A stretch of 64,000 bases of DNA, taken from the IMG/VR virus record IMGVR_UViG_3300024346_000006; one strand, given 5' to 3'. Positions 27,768 to 37,470 of the stretch are shown here, piece by piece. Position 1 is the first letter of the stretch, and each line of letters begins with the position of its first letter. Under the pieces are notes generated by a model that worked only from the letters and a program-made list of their open reading frames with translations, ran no database searches and had not been told where the DNA came from. The DNA is from a virus. Its lineage: Duplodnaviria > Caudoviricetes. The translations under genes and the position numbers were made by a program.

Positions 27768-28053
27768 TTTTAGTTTCTCCATATGTTTTATCATGATTAA
27801 ATAAAGCTAGTATACCATAATGAATGATTTTCATCAAGTCTTTTCTGTAATCTTCTGGCGTTTCGCCTTTTTTTCCATATCGATTGGAATATTTGTCAAT
27901 ATTTCCCATACAGAATCCTTCACCATGACCACGGGCCATGATTACTTCTGTAGACTGGAAAGTATTTTCAGAATAATGTCCTTCATATGTTTTGTCAATG
28001 TATGCCCGAATTTCTTCGAGCAATACATCTTCGTTGAATTTATAATCTATCAA
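27754..28053 (-). CDS. DUF3310-like hypothetical protein
   Basis: HYS...GEGFCMGNIDKYSNRYGKKG...DLMKIIHY. Confidence 0.65.
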   Translation of the reverse strand: MIDYKFNEDVLLEEIRAYIDKTYEGHYSENTFQSTEVIMARGHGEGFCMGNIDKYSNRYGKKGETPEDYRKDLMKIIHYGILALFNHDKTYGETKNEIE

Positions 28054-29192
28054 AATGGTTCCTCATTGAATAGTTCATCATCATTAGTTCCCATGTTTGC
28101 GACATCTTCACCACCGTTAATCTTGGTGAATAGGTCAACAAAGGATGACTTTGTATCTTCATCAAAACGATTTGTACAAAGTTCTACTGCCTTGAACACA
28201 TCACCAAAGATTGAATATGTCTCGACAATGTGGACTAGACGGCGAGTAGAAATAATTTCATCGATACCACCTTCTTCAAAGGTTCGGCGAATTGCAGAAG
28301 CCCAAGTAGTAAGGTCTTCGATAATTTTTGTTTCTTCAGAACCTACCTTACCAAAGGAAGTAAGATGGTTTGTAAGAATTTTCTTCTCTACTGGTTGAGT
28401 AGGATACTCCTGTTCAAAGGTCACTTTGAATCGTTCCAAGAACGCCTCATTCAGAACGTTAGTACCGATAAACCGACCATCATCAGAACCTTTACCTTTT
28501 GTGTTTGCAGTTGCGATAACTGTAAACCCAGGCGCAGGGCGAACCATGCGGTTATCTTTCTTTAGGTAAACTCCCTTACCATCAATGATAGATTGTAGAC
28601 ACATAATCTTGTTTGATGCAAGGTCAATTTCATCAAGAATAAGAACAGCACCACGTTCCATTGCATCAACAACAGGGCCTTGCGAAAAGACTACATTACC
28701 ATCAACAAGGGTTTTATCCCCCAACAAATCTGATTCATCAGTTTCGATAGTAATTGGAACAGTAATACATTCACGTTTCAGTTGGGCGCAAAGTTGTTGA
28801 GAACCGTAGGTTTTACCATTTCCAGAAAGTCCAGTAATGAAAACAGGATAAAAGATTTGTGATGAAAGAATCTTTTTCATATCATTGTAGAACCCAAACT
28901 TAACAAAGTTTGGATCTTTTTCTGGAACCAATGATTCTGTATGACGTTCTGGCATCGATACTGCCGACTTTTTTGTTTTTGTAATAGGGACAACGTTGCC
29001 TGTAATCATGTTGAACACATTACTTACATTATAGGAACCATGTCCTTGACGGTTTTGTGTTTTGCATAGCCATTGGGGAGTTGCCTCACCAAAACCTTCT
29101 GCTTCTGCAAGGATGTCTTTTTTACGGACAACACTACCATACTTGGTTTGGAGTTTTGAAAGGAACTCTACCTTTTTGTCTTTATTCCACAT
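28050..29192 (-). CDS. MoxR/CobS-like AAA+ ATPase
   Basis: TGLSGNGKT, LILDEID, ATANTKGKG, NEAFLERF, ISTRRLVHI. Confidence 0.9.
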   Translation of the reverse strand: MWNKDKKVEFLSKLQTKYGSVVRKKDILAEAEGFGEATPQWLCKTQNRQGHGSYNVSNVFNMITGNVVPITKTKKSAVSMPERHTESLVPEKDPNFVKFGFYNDMKKILSSQIFYPVFITGLSGNGKTYGSQQLCAQLKRECITVPITIETDESDLLGDKTLVDGNVVFSQGPVVDAMERGAVLILDEIDLASNKIMCLQSIIDGKGVYLKKDNRMVRPAPGFTVIATANTKGKGSDDGRFIGTNVLNEAFLERFKVTFEQEYPTQPVEKKILTNHLTSFGKVGSEETKIIEDLTTWASAIRRTFEEGGIDEIISTRRLVHIVETYSIFGDVFKAVELCTNRFDEDTKSSFVDLFTKINGGEDVANMGTNDDELFNEEPF

Positions 29193-29239
29193 TATATATT
29201 CTCCACAGGGAAGGTTTCACAAATCATCATTTCAAGTAT

Positions 29240-29268
29240 ATAATACCAAAAACTACTAGGGTTGTCAA
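29240..29268 (-). promoter_or_regulatory. sigma70-type promoter upstream of AAA ATPase gene
   Basis: TTGACA-17 nt-TATTAT. Confidence 0.75.
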
Positions 29269-29281
29269 TAGTTTTTGGCAT

Positions 29282-31531
29282 TTATTTCACCAAATCAACA
29301 AATTTATTTAAAAGTTGGCGACTGGTTTTTTTCTTGGATTGGAATTTTGCAAACTGTTTTGCAATTTTTGCGTTAGTCATATCATCACGAACTTCCAATT
29401 CATCTTCACTGCCTTGATTACGCATATCAAGAATGTAATACTCATCATATCCGCACTTAGTAGCTGTCAAGAAACCCTTGGTACGAGACTCTTTTAAGTA
29501 TGATGAAACAGCAGTCCAATCATTTTGTTTATCCATATAGTTATAGATAGCGCTTTTCAAATCTCGAATATTGTTCACAACATAAAACCCAATAGAAGCG
29601 GCACTATGTTTCTTTTTCATATAATCCAAATATGCATCAGTCTGACTATGTTTTTTTGTATCATAAGAAAAGAATGTTCCTGTATTCTTATCCTTTACAA
29701 AAACTAAGGTGGATTTGTGAGTGCGGCGCCAGCTGAATATATTATGAGAGATATATCTATGTCCGTCAGAAGATTCGGCGACTTGTTCAAAATGATCTCC
29801 TGCCTCACCATCTGTCAAAACTACAAAACTCATTTTTTGCACCGAGTTTTCTTTACGAAACCGTTCTACTACTCTATCCAGAATAATTAAAGAATCGTTA
29901 AGAGGAGTTCCCCCCATACGGTATTGTTCCAGTTCATAAGTCACGCCGTATATACAGTATACATTCGCATATGCAAGATTGATATATTGGCGACATGCCT
30001 CATAGAAATCTGATTTTTTCATTTTATGAGACAACATGCAGTGAAGTTTTACATTTTGGGATAAAACATGATCTCCTACTTCTAGAGAATCCAAGATTGC
30101 ATGTTTATCACCTCTAGAACGATTTTGATCACTGAAGTTGTAAACCTCAAAAGGAATTCCAACTCGGCGACAGAATGTTGCAAGAATAATTGTCTGTTCT
30201 ACTGTTTTAACCAATTGACGATGCATAGAACCTGACCAGTCAACAAGCATAACCATACCATGGTTTTTACCTTCTGGAATGACACTTTTCTTTTTAAAGA
30301 TATCGTCATTCAGTTGGAAACTCCAGAGTTTGTTAGAGTTGATATTACCAGACTTTGCAATATAACTTTTCGCATACTCATCAGCAGATTTCTTCATTTC
30401 AAATTCTTTTACAAGATAAGAAATTGTTTTATTATGTTTTGCAAGAAGATTAGTGTACGAGTTTGTCCAATGGTTCTTCATTTTTTCAGTTGCAATCAAA
30501 CTCATATCTAACTTCTTTGCAAGATCATCACGAACTTCAGTCCACTGAATAATATAATCATTTACATTGAATTTTGGAATATCAAGATATGTGATAGTTG
30601 CTTCATGATCTATCAATTCTTTAAGTGCATCTGCAAGGTCGGTTGCTGTCTTAGAAACAAACTCACTATCATTAAGTCCAGAACCACCTTCCTTACCACC
30701 AATAGATGTTTTGGAAGTTTTTTCACTGGCTGATGGAGAACCACTGTTTGCAGAAACTTTCTCTTCTGAAGAAGAGTCAGAACCCTCATCATCACTTTCA
30801 TTTTCTGAATTTTTTTCTTGACTAGCATCACCACTACCGTCAGTATCTTCAATCTCTTCAGAACTATCAGAAGAAGTATCAATACTTTGTTCATCTGGAT
30901 TTTCTTCTGCATCAGATGGTGCAAAAGAACTTTGCATCTGATTTTCTTTTTCTTTTTTTACTTTTTCAGAAATGAAATTAAAGATTTCTTCTGAAACATC
31001 AGCAACTTCCGCAAATGTTTCGGTTTCGGCAACCATCTTTACATATGAGAGTTCTTCTGCAGTAAAGTAACCTTTTAGGTCATACTGGTTCGAAGGATAC
31101 TTAAAGAACACATTGATTTTATCGATAAATGACATATTACCGAAATCAGTGATTCCGAAAAAGTCTTTATCATGAAGTTCATCATAACCTTTAAAGAAAG
31201 ATGAACGCAAGCCGGGAAACTTTCGTTTCATTAATTTTTCAATTCGAGCATCTTCTACAACATTAACAAACGCTTTATTAGAACGTTTAATTGCATTTTC
31301 TAAAACACCTTCATCTGCGGGGGTATATAAAGCATGTCCCACCTCATGTCCTACCAGTAGGTCATAAAGTGTACCAGACATATCTTTCCAAAGAGGGAGG
31401 GCAAGAACACGATTTCTTACATCAAAGTAAGCAGTCTCAATATTCTTGTGTTGAACCGAAATGTTTTCTTCTGCCATTAGTTTGGCAAGAAGACTTTTCG
31501 AATTCTTTGTAAACATCACAACATCATTCAT
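29282..31531 (-). CDS. CobT-like protein: N-terminal HExxH metallopeptidase-like domain, acidic linker, C-terminal VWA domain
   Basis: GHEVGHAL, NVVEDARIE, Ser/Glu linker, MIDAS LVDWSGSM, GGTPL, VLTDGE. Confidence 0.85.
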   Translation of the reverse strand: MNDVVMFTKNSKSLLAKLMAEENISVQHKNIETAYFDVRNRVLALPLWKDMSGTLYDLLVGHEVGHALYTPADEGVLENAIKRSNKAFVNVVEDARIEKLMKRKFPGLRSSFFKGYDELHDKDFFGITDFGNMSFIDKINVFFKYPSNQYDLKGYFTAEELSYVKMVAETETFAEVADVSEEIFNFISEKVKKEKENQMQSSFAPSDAEENPDEQSIDTSSDSSEEIEDTDGSGDASQEKNSENESDDEGSDSSSEEKVSANSGSPSASEKTSKTSIGGKEGGSGLNDSEFVSKTATDLADALKELIDHEATITYLDIPKFNVNDYIIQWTEVRDDLAKKLDMSLIATEKMKNHWTNSYTNLLAKHNKTISYLVKEFEMKKSADEYAKSYIAKSGNINSNKLWSFQLNDDIFKKKSVIPEGKNHGMVMLVDWSGSMHRQLVKTVEQTIILATFCRRVGIPFEVYNFSDQNRSRGDKHAILDSLEVGDHVLSQNVKLHCMLSHKMKKSDFYEACRQYINLAYANVYCIYGVTYELEQYRMGGTPLNDSLIILDRVVERFRKENSVQKMSFVVLTDGEAGDHFEQVAESSDGHRYISHNIFSWRRTHKSTLVFVKDKNTGTFFSYDTKKHSQTDAYLDYMKKKHSAASIGFYVVNNIRDLKSAIYNYMDKQNDWTAVSSYLKESRTKGFLTATKCGYDEYYILDMRNQGSEDELEVRDDMTNAKIAKQFAKFQSKKKTSRQLLNKFVDLVK

Positions 31532-31574
31532 ATCAAAAATCCCATATAGAGAACCAAATCACTATATGATGATC

Positions 31575-31597
31575 TCATATTATAGGGGGTTTGTCAA
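31575..31597 (-). promoter_or_regulatory. Possible sigma70-type promoter upstream of VWA gene
   Basis: TTGACA present; -10 at 17-nt spacing (GATCAT, ~31569-31574) is weak. Confidence 0.4.
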
Positions 31598-31604
31598 GCA
31601 CTTT

Positions 31605-32939
31605 TTAGAAAAAATTATCTAAACTTATCACTCTTTTGTGTCGAAACATGTCAAAATCGTCTTTATCCTTTTGAAAACACCAGACATTTTCCATATAAAT
31701 TTTATTCATAAAAGTATTCATTTTTTCTTTATCAAAATTACCATCTTCATCAGAAAATACCGCCTTTCCTTGGGGTCGTTGCATAATTCGCATACCAACC
31801 TGGCCAGTAAACGAATCACTCAACATATCGACAAGTTCATCACCAGAACGATATCTTTTACCTTTAATCTTGGGATCCATGATGTTTATCATCATATGTC
31901 CACCACTTCTAAGAGAATCGAATGTGTTTTGAGATACTGGTAAATAAAAATCATCTCTCCACGATTCATATTCATTAAACTTTGCCCAAGATTGATCTTC
32001 AGAGTGTTCACCACCTTCATTATACCTTTCTGTTGAAAAATATGGAGGCGAAGTAAATGCACAATCAATATCCCCAATATCATGCCATGGCAAATTTTCT
32101 GCACCGCAGCGATAAAATATACAAGTCTTCTTGTCACCATAAAGTGCAAAATAATCTTCCTTGTCTACAATTTCATAGGAGTTACCTATTAACTTAGAGT
32201 ATTCTTGTGCCTGTATTTTATAATTCTTGAATGTGTTTGGATTTGGGTCACAACCAATATAAAGTGTTGCATTCGAACAAAAGAATCCTGCAAGTCTATC
32301 ACCCCAACCCATCGAAGTATCCAAAACTCTCTTTGCGGCAGTCATTTCATATATACACTTTGCAACTAACGGTTTAAACTGCGTGGCGATGTATGTACCA
32401 AGTCTAAACGCCATCATGTACTGTTTGTTGGTTAATTCCCAACTATCGTTCACACCTCGCCAGATGGGGCCTAGCACCCCCCAAATGTTATCACCCTCAT
32501 TCCATCTATCTACTGGCGACTTGTATCCATAAGAACCACAGGACATTCTCTGTTTATTTTGAAAATAATCACTCACTTCATTGAAAACAGATGGGGCATC
32601 AATCAATCCAATACCATATTCTTTAAAGGAATATTTGTAATCATCGTATTTTTCAATAACCTCTTTTTGTATATTTTCTACTGGAGAGATATAGTCTGAA
32701 TAATCTACAGACTTTAATTTTCTAAATTTAGAAACAAGTTCATCATATGAAAAATCTTTATATGGAAATAGAGGTTTCTCGTTTGTTATGTACTCTGCAA
32801 CCGTTGATCTAAAAACATCACGACCATATTTTTCTGTTGCAATCTGAAACATTGTACTATCCATAACGGGCAATCTATTTTCATTTGTAATCTTAAATAA
32901 AAAATTATAAAGTTCTTTGTCACTATCTGTTTTCATCAA
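31605..32939 (-). CDS. SAM-dependent DNA amino-methyltransferase-like protein
   Basis: VLDTSMGWGDRL (motif I), IGCDPN, FTSPPYF (motif IV). Confidence 0.8.
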   Translation of the reverse strand: MMKTDSDKELYNFLFKITNENRLPVMDSTMFQIATEKYGRDVFRSTVAEYITNEKPLFPYKDFSYDELVSKFRKLKSVDYSDYISPVENIQKEVIEKYDDYKYSFKEYGIGLIDAPSVFNEVSDYFQNKQRMSCGSYGYKSPVDRWNEGDNIWGVLGPIWRGVNDSWELTNKQYMMAFRLGTYIATQFKPLVAKCIYEMTAAKRVLDTSMGWGDRLAGFFCSNATLYIGCDPNPNTFKNYKIQAQEYSKLIGNSYEIVDKEDYFALYGDKKTCIFYRCGAENLPWHDIGDIDCAFTSPPYFSTERYNEGGEHSEDQSWAKFNEYESWRDDFYLPVSQNTFDSLRSGGHMMINIMDPKIKGKRYRSGDELVDMLSDSFTGQVGMRIMQRPQGKAVFSDEDGNFDKEKMNTFMNKIYMENVWCFQKDKDDFDMFRHKRVISLDNFF

Positions 32940-33589
32940 AAATGTCCAATCAATGTGTTGTTTTCGTCTGCAATTCTTTCAAGAGATAAAAGATATGTCT
33001 CTCGTAAAAGTTCCGAACCATAATATTGTCTATTACTTCTAATACAAGCAACTGCAGTTGTGCCACTACCCATAAAAGGATCATAAACTATATCATTCTC
33101 TTTAGTATAATTCAAAATGCATCTTTTTGCAATAGATATTGGCATCCCATATGAATATTTTTTATATTTCTCGCCATATCCATCGAACCATACATCTGGT
33201 TTAAATTCTTTTGACATGTACTGTTTTACTTTACCTTTACCAAAAGTCATTACATTGCCATACGTTAATCTATATAAATCGACTTTATCGGTTTTAACCC
33301 ATATCTTATGAGTCAATAAGTTATATCCTAAACAACTCATCGAATGTTTCAGAATACTAGATTTTGGGACGATAGTACCATTGTATTTTCTGTCGGTAAA
33401 GGCAATGGTAAATGCACTACTTTTTGGCCTTGCTGCACGAAAAACCTCAATTAAAAAATCTTGATAAAGTTCTGGTTTGGATGGGTCTATACCTATTTCT
33501 TCAAAGTCTGGTGGACTTGTAAAAAGATAATCATATTCCAATTCACTAATACAGTCCTTATAATCACCCAATATTAATTTACTTTTCAT
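32936..33589 (-). CDS. N4/N6 DNA methyltransferase (beta-type motif order)
   Basis: FTSPPD near N-terminus, VYDPFMGSGTT and YGSEL near C-terminus. Confidence 0.82.
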   Translation of the reverse strand: MKSKLILGDYKDCISELEYDYLFTSPPDFEEIGIDPSKPELYQDFLIEVFRAARPKSSAFTIAFTDRKYNGTIVPKSSILKHSMSCLGYNLLTHKIWVKTDKVDLYRLTYGNVMTFGKGKVKQYMSKEFKPDVWFDGYGEKYKKYSYGMPISIAKRCILNYTKENDIVYDPFMGSGTTAVACIRSNRQYYGSELLRETYLLSLERIADENNTLIGHF

Positions 33590-35307
33590 TATGTATTTTG
33601 TCCAATCCTACTAAATCCTTTTACCTTTTCGAATCTAACAACACTATGAAACTTGTCATATAGTATATCACCCTTATGACTGATAACAAAAACGTTATTA
33701 CCACCTAAAGTATTTAGCAGTTTTAAAAACTCATCTGTTCCAGTTGCATCCAAAGAACTATCAAACACCTCATCAAGAATAAGTAAGTTGGTATTAACAC
33801 TATTCTTCATCCGAGCGATTTCTCTCCAAGTAAAAAGAAGTGCAAGGTCGATACGCATTTTTTCACCTTCAGAGAAAGAAGGATATGTGAAGTTTTCCCT
33901 TGCTCTAGACTTAATATTCTCAGAGAATTTTTCATCTAAGGTAAAATTAATATAAAAATCCATCTCTTGCAAATGCTTGTTTATCAACTTATTCATAATT
34001 GGTAAGTAGTATTTTACAATAGAAGTTTTTACTCCAGTATCCTTTAGGAACTGAGATGCAACGTTATAATAATTTCTAGTATCTACGAATTCTCTTCTCT
34101 TAGAATCTAAATCCTTTGCCAGTTTTCTAAGTTCTTTTAGTTCCTCTTCTAAAGAATTCATATTGTCATTATTGTTTTCTGCATCCTCAATTTCTTTTTC
34201 AATTTCATCGATACTATCTTGGATAAACGAAAAGGTGTTCATGTTAGAACTCTTCTTATTGTTTAACTCTAGTATTTCCTTTTTAATAGTCTCAATTTCT
34301 TGTATTCTTTCTTGTGTTGTATCTAACTCTTTTTTAAGATCCAACAAGGCACTTTCGATTTCTTCTTTCTTAGTATTTTTAGAAGAGATTATTTCGTGTT
34401 TATGTTCATCTTCAATATCTTGTTGACATGAAGGACAAACATCTTTACTCTCAAACCAATTAATATCCCCATCTATTTTGGAAATATTATTATGCAGTTG
34501 AGTATCTAACTTTTCTAATTTTTTATTTTTTGTTACTGACTTTACTTCATCTCCAATAGAAAGGGCCAGTGCAGATACTTTACTATCATACTCTTCATTT
34601 TCAGATAATATTTTTTTCTGTTGAAGTTTCTTATCTTTAATTTTTGTTTTGTTTTGTTTGATGGAGGCAGACTTATCTTCATTTAACTGTTGAATATTTC
34701 TTTCCTGCAAATCAATCTTATAATCTTGCAATTCTCTTTCTTTTTCATTCTCAAACAATTCGTCTTTCAGTACTGTAGATCTTGTTTTAAGAATTTCATT
34801 CATTGCCGAAAATATTTTGATGTCAAGAATATCTTCAATAATATCTCTTCGATCATTGGCATTTAATTGCATGAAAGGAACAAAGGTTGCACTACCTAAA
34901 ATAACTGTTTGAGTAAAAGATTTGAAATTGAGTTTAAGAATGTTTTCTTCTAGATAGATTTGACTGTCCCTAATCTTAGAGTCTTGATCTAACATCTTAC
35001 CATCGATATAAACTTCGAATATATTTGGTTTGATCGCTCGTCTTACCAAATACTCTCGTTTACCTATCGAAAACTCAATTTCGATTACACAATCTTTTTC
35101 ATTTACAGTATTAACAAGTTGGGGTTTGTTAATTTTACGGAAAGGTTTGCCGAATAGTCCAAATGTGAGTGCATCCAGTATGGTAGATTTTCCTGCACCA
35201 TTCTCTCCAACAATTAAAGTTGATGCAGTCCTGTTTAGTTGTATCTCTGTAAAATTGTCACCTGTTGATAAAAAGTTTTTCCATCTAATCTTTTTAAATT
35301 CAATCAT
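33589..35307 (-). CDS. gp46: Recombination exonuclease ATPase subunit (Rad50/SbcC-like)
   Basis: GENGAGKST, CPSC hook, FSEGEKMRIDL, ILDEVFDSSLD. Confidence 0.97.
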   Translation of the reverse strand: MIEFKKIRWKNFLSTGDNFTEIQLNRTASTLIVGENGAGKSTILDALTFGLFGKPFRKINKPQLVNTVNEKDCVIEIEFSIGKREYLVRRAIKPNIFEVYIDGKMLDQDSKIRDSQIYLEENILKLNFKSFTQTVILGSATFVPFMQLNANDRRDIIEDILDIKIFSAMNEILKTRSTVLKDELFENEKERELQDYKIDLQERNIQQLNEDKSASIKQNKTKIKDKKLQQKKILSENEEYDSKVSALALSIGDEVKSVTKNKKLEKLDTQLHNNISKIDGDINWFESKDVCPSCQQDIEDEHKHEIISSKNTKKEEIESALLDLKKELDTTQERIQEIETIKKEILELNNKKSSNMNTFSFIQDSIDEIEKEIEDAENNNDNMNSLEEELKELRKLAKDLDSKRREFVDTRNYYNVASQFLKDTGVKTSIVKYYLPIMNKLINKHLQEMDFYINFTLDEKFSENIKSRARENFTYPSFSEGEKMRIDLALLFTWREIARMKNSVNTNLLILDEVFDSSLDATGTDEFLKLLNTLGGNNVFVISHKGDILYDKFHSVVRFEKVKGFSRIGQNT

Positions 35308-36333
35308 CTACACACCTCTCAATGCAGAAACATACAAGTCTTGCATGATACCTTTTAACTTGTTTTTATCTACATCGATTTCGTAATTATCAATATAATT
35401 TGTCAATAGTGACATTGTATCTTCGGTTGCATCAATATCAGAGGCCTCTTCAAAATCCCATTCAGTCGAATCATCAACAATGGATAAATCAGCAACTTCA
35501 TTCTTATAAAGTTCATCCACAAAAACATCAAACTTATAAGAGTCTGTTCTGTTTTTTACGATTAACTTAACATATTTGTCTTTGTATTTACTTGCAGAAA
35601 CTTTTTTATCTTCATCATAATAAACTTTATGAAACATTTTATATGGGTTTATAATATGTTCTAGTTCTGTTGTTTCAGTGTCAAAAATATGAAAACCTCT
35701 TTTGTCATTACAATCAACCCATGTAATTTCATATGGATTTCCTAAGTAATGAATGTTTCCGTTATGGGATTTATGATGGAAGTGGCCAGACATCACAATA
35801 TCAAAATTATTGAACAATTTCTTATCCATTCCGTCATGACACATCAATCCAGCACCCATTTCAAATCCTGCGATTTCAAGATGACCCATTGCAATCTTTG
35901 CTTTGGTTTTCTTTAAATGAGATATTGTGTTATCATAATTTTCTGAATTAATCCAAGGAATAAAACATACATCTGTTCCGTCAAAATTTAGAGTTGTAGT
36001 TTCGGTGTAAATTTTTAATTCGTCACCAAATAATTGTTCCATTGAGTTGATTCGATTTGTATTCTTATAATACACATCATGATTACCAATGATGAAATAG
36101 GTATCGTATTCCTTTAAACGCTCAATAAATCTACTCTTAAACCCATCTAAAATATTATAGTTGATAAACTTTCTTCTGTCGGTTACATCACCTAAATGAA
36201 TAACCGTGTCAATTCCATTCTTTTCAAGATAGGGGAAAAAGACATTATCATAAAATTCCAAAAAATAATTATGAAATAGGATAGAGTCACCTCGGGCTCC
36301 AAAATGAGTGTCAGTAATCAATGCAATTTTCAT
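35308..36333 (-). CDS. gp47: Recombination exonuclease nuclease subunit (Mre11/SbcD-like)
   Basis: ITDTHFG, HLGDVTD, GNHD, GHLE, SGHFH. Confidence 0.96.
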   Translation of the reverse strand: MKIALITDTHFGARGDSILFHNYFLEFYDNVFFPYLEKNGIDTVIHLGDVTDRRKFINYNILDGFKSRFIERLKEYDTYFIIGNHDVYYKNTNRINSMEQLFGDELKIYTETTTLNFDGTDVCFIPWINSENYDNTISHLKKTKAKIAMGHLEIAGFEMGAGLMCHDGMDKKLFNNFDIVMSGHFHHKSHNGNIHYLGNPYEITWVDCNDKRGFHIFDTETTELEHIINPYKMFHKVYYDEDKKVSASKYKDKYVKLIVKNRTDSYKFDVFVDELYKNEVADLSIVDDSTEWDFEEASDIDATEDTMSLLTNYIDNYEIDVDKNKLKGIMQDLYVSALRGV

Positions 36334-36339
36334 TATAAA

Positions 36340-36888
36340 TTATGCTTCCTTTTTCTGTCTTTTCTCTTTTGCCTTCTCTTTCTTTTTCCTCTGAGTTTCT
36401 TCAAATTCTGCAAGAAATTCATCCATGTTGCTGTGTATGAAATCCATGACGCCTCTTTTTATCGGGCCAGCTGGGCCGGACATTACCTCATCAAGAAGTT
36501 CTTGATTCTCCATAGACTTATACTTAACATAAGATTGTTTCTTTTCCTTCTGAATTCTTCGAATAAACGCATAGTAAATAATTTGAGTAAAATACGCAAA
36601 AGGATTTGATGATTTTGCTGGATCGAAGTTATCAATATACAACAAACAATTTTCTATCCCATCAGAGATCATTTCATCTTTGTATGTGTAGTTGATAAAG
36701 TTTGGTTTATAGGACAAATGTTGTGCAATTTTCATAATGCACTCGCCTATATAGTTGGGGACTCTTGGACGTTCTGACCCGTCTTCCTTCGATTGTTTGA
36801 CCGCATCCTTATACTTTCGCATCTCTTGAAGAAGGAGCTTGTTGTCAACATAATGATTTCTCTTAGTTTTATCTTTAGTTTTTGGCAT
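36340..36888 (-). CDS. gp55: Late transcription sigma factor
   Basis: HYVDNK, YIGECIMKIA, PNFINYTYKDEMISDGIENC, NPFAYFTQI. Confidence 0.96.
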   Translation of the reverse strand: MPKTKDKTKRNHYVDNKLLLQEMRKYKDAVKQSKEDGSERPRVPNYIGECIMKIAQHLSYKPNFINYTYKDEMISDGIENCLLYIDNFDPAKSSNPFAYFTQIIYYAFIRRIQKEKKQSYVKYKSMENQELLDEVMSGPAGPIKRGVMDFIHSNMDEFLAEFEETQRKKKEKAKEKRQKKEA

Positions 36889-36915
36889 AATATTTTTCCT
36901 AATAAAGTTATGTTC

Positions 36916-36944
36916 ATACTAACACAAAATAATTGGAGTGTCAA
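36916..36944 (-). promoter_or_regulatory. sigma70-type promoter upstream of gp55
   Basis: TTGACA-17 nt-TAGTAT. Confidence 0.75.
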
Positions 36945-36967
36945 TCAATTTTTTTTTTATTTTTCTC

Positions 36968-36996
36968 TTGACAACCTCTTGAAAAACGTGTATTAT
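36968..36996 (+). promoter_or_regulatory. Plus-strand sigma70-type promoter with no sense ORF downstream
   Basis: TTGACA-17 nt-TATTAT, back to back with gp55 promoter across a T/A tract. Confidence 0.6.
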
Positions 36997-37029
36997 CCAC
37001 TATGTGGATGCTTAAGGATATTAATGTAT

Positions 37030-37470
37030 TTAATGTATTGTCTTATTAGAGTGATTTACTAACATCTCTAAGAAGTCATCTTGAGAGTGTTCTTCTGTTT
37101 CATCTAGACTTACACTGTCCTCATCGGAAGCAGTTTCAACATTTTCATCAATCTGTTCATTGAATCTTTTATTGTCTAAAATCATTTGGTAATGGTCAAC
37201 TAAATCTTTATTGGGTTCATTGACAGTAATTATATCATTAACTGATATCTTTGTAAAGGTTTCCGTTGAAAAATTTAACCAATCAACGAGTGTAGTGCTG
37301 AACTGTCCATTCTGGGGGTTAAGAAACGACTTTATCTCGTATGGATCGTGAATTGTTATATAACCTCTACTCCCAGAATCTTGAGGATTGATTTGAGTGA
37401 TTATATTTTCTTTTGTTACGAGTTTAATTAGTTTATACTCAATATTCATTTCAGAAATAATCCTTTTCAA
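37030..37470 (-). CDS. Conserved hypothetical protein between uvsW and gp55
   Basis: KLIKLVTKENII N-terminus, acidic tail ending KTIH; position conserved in T4-like phages as recalled. Confidence 0.6.
   Translation of the reverse strand: MKRIISEMNIEYKLIKLVTKENIITQINPQDSGSRGYITIHDPYEIKSFLNPQNGQFSTTLVDWLNFSTETFTKISVNDIITVNEPNKDLVDHYQMILDNKRFNEQIDENVETASDEDSVSLDETEEHSQDDFLEMLVNHSNKTIH

Noticed and set aside
28050-29192. cobS as a vitamin B12 auxiliary metabolic gene
   Set aside because: Only generic MoxR AAA motifs are visible and no other cobalamin gene is present, so no gene symbol was assigned.
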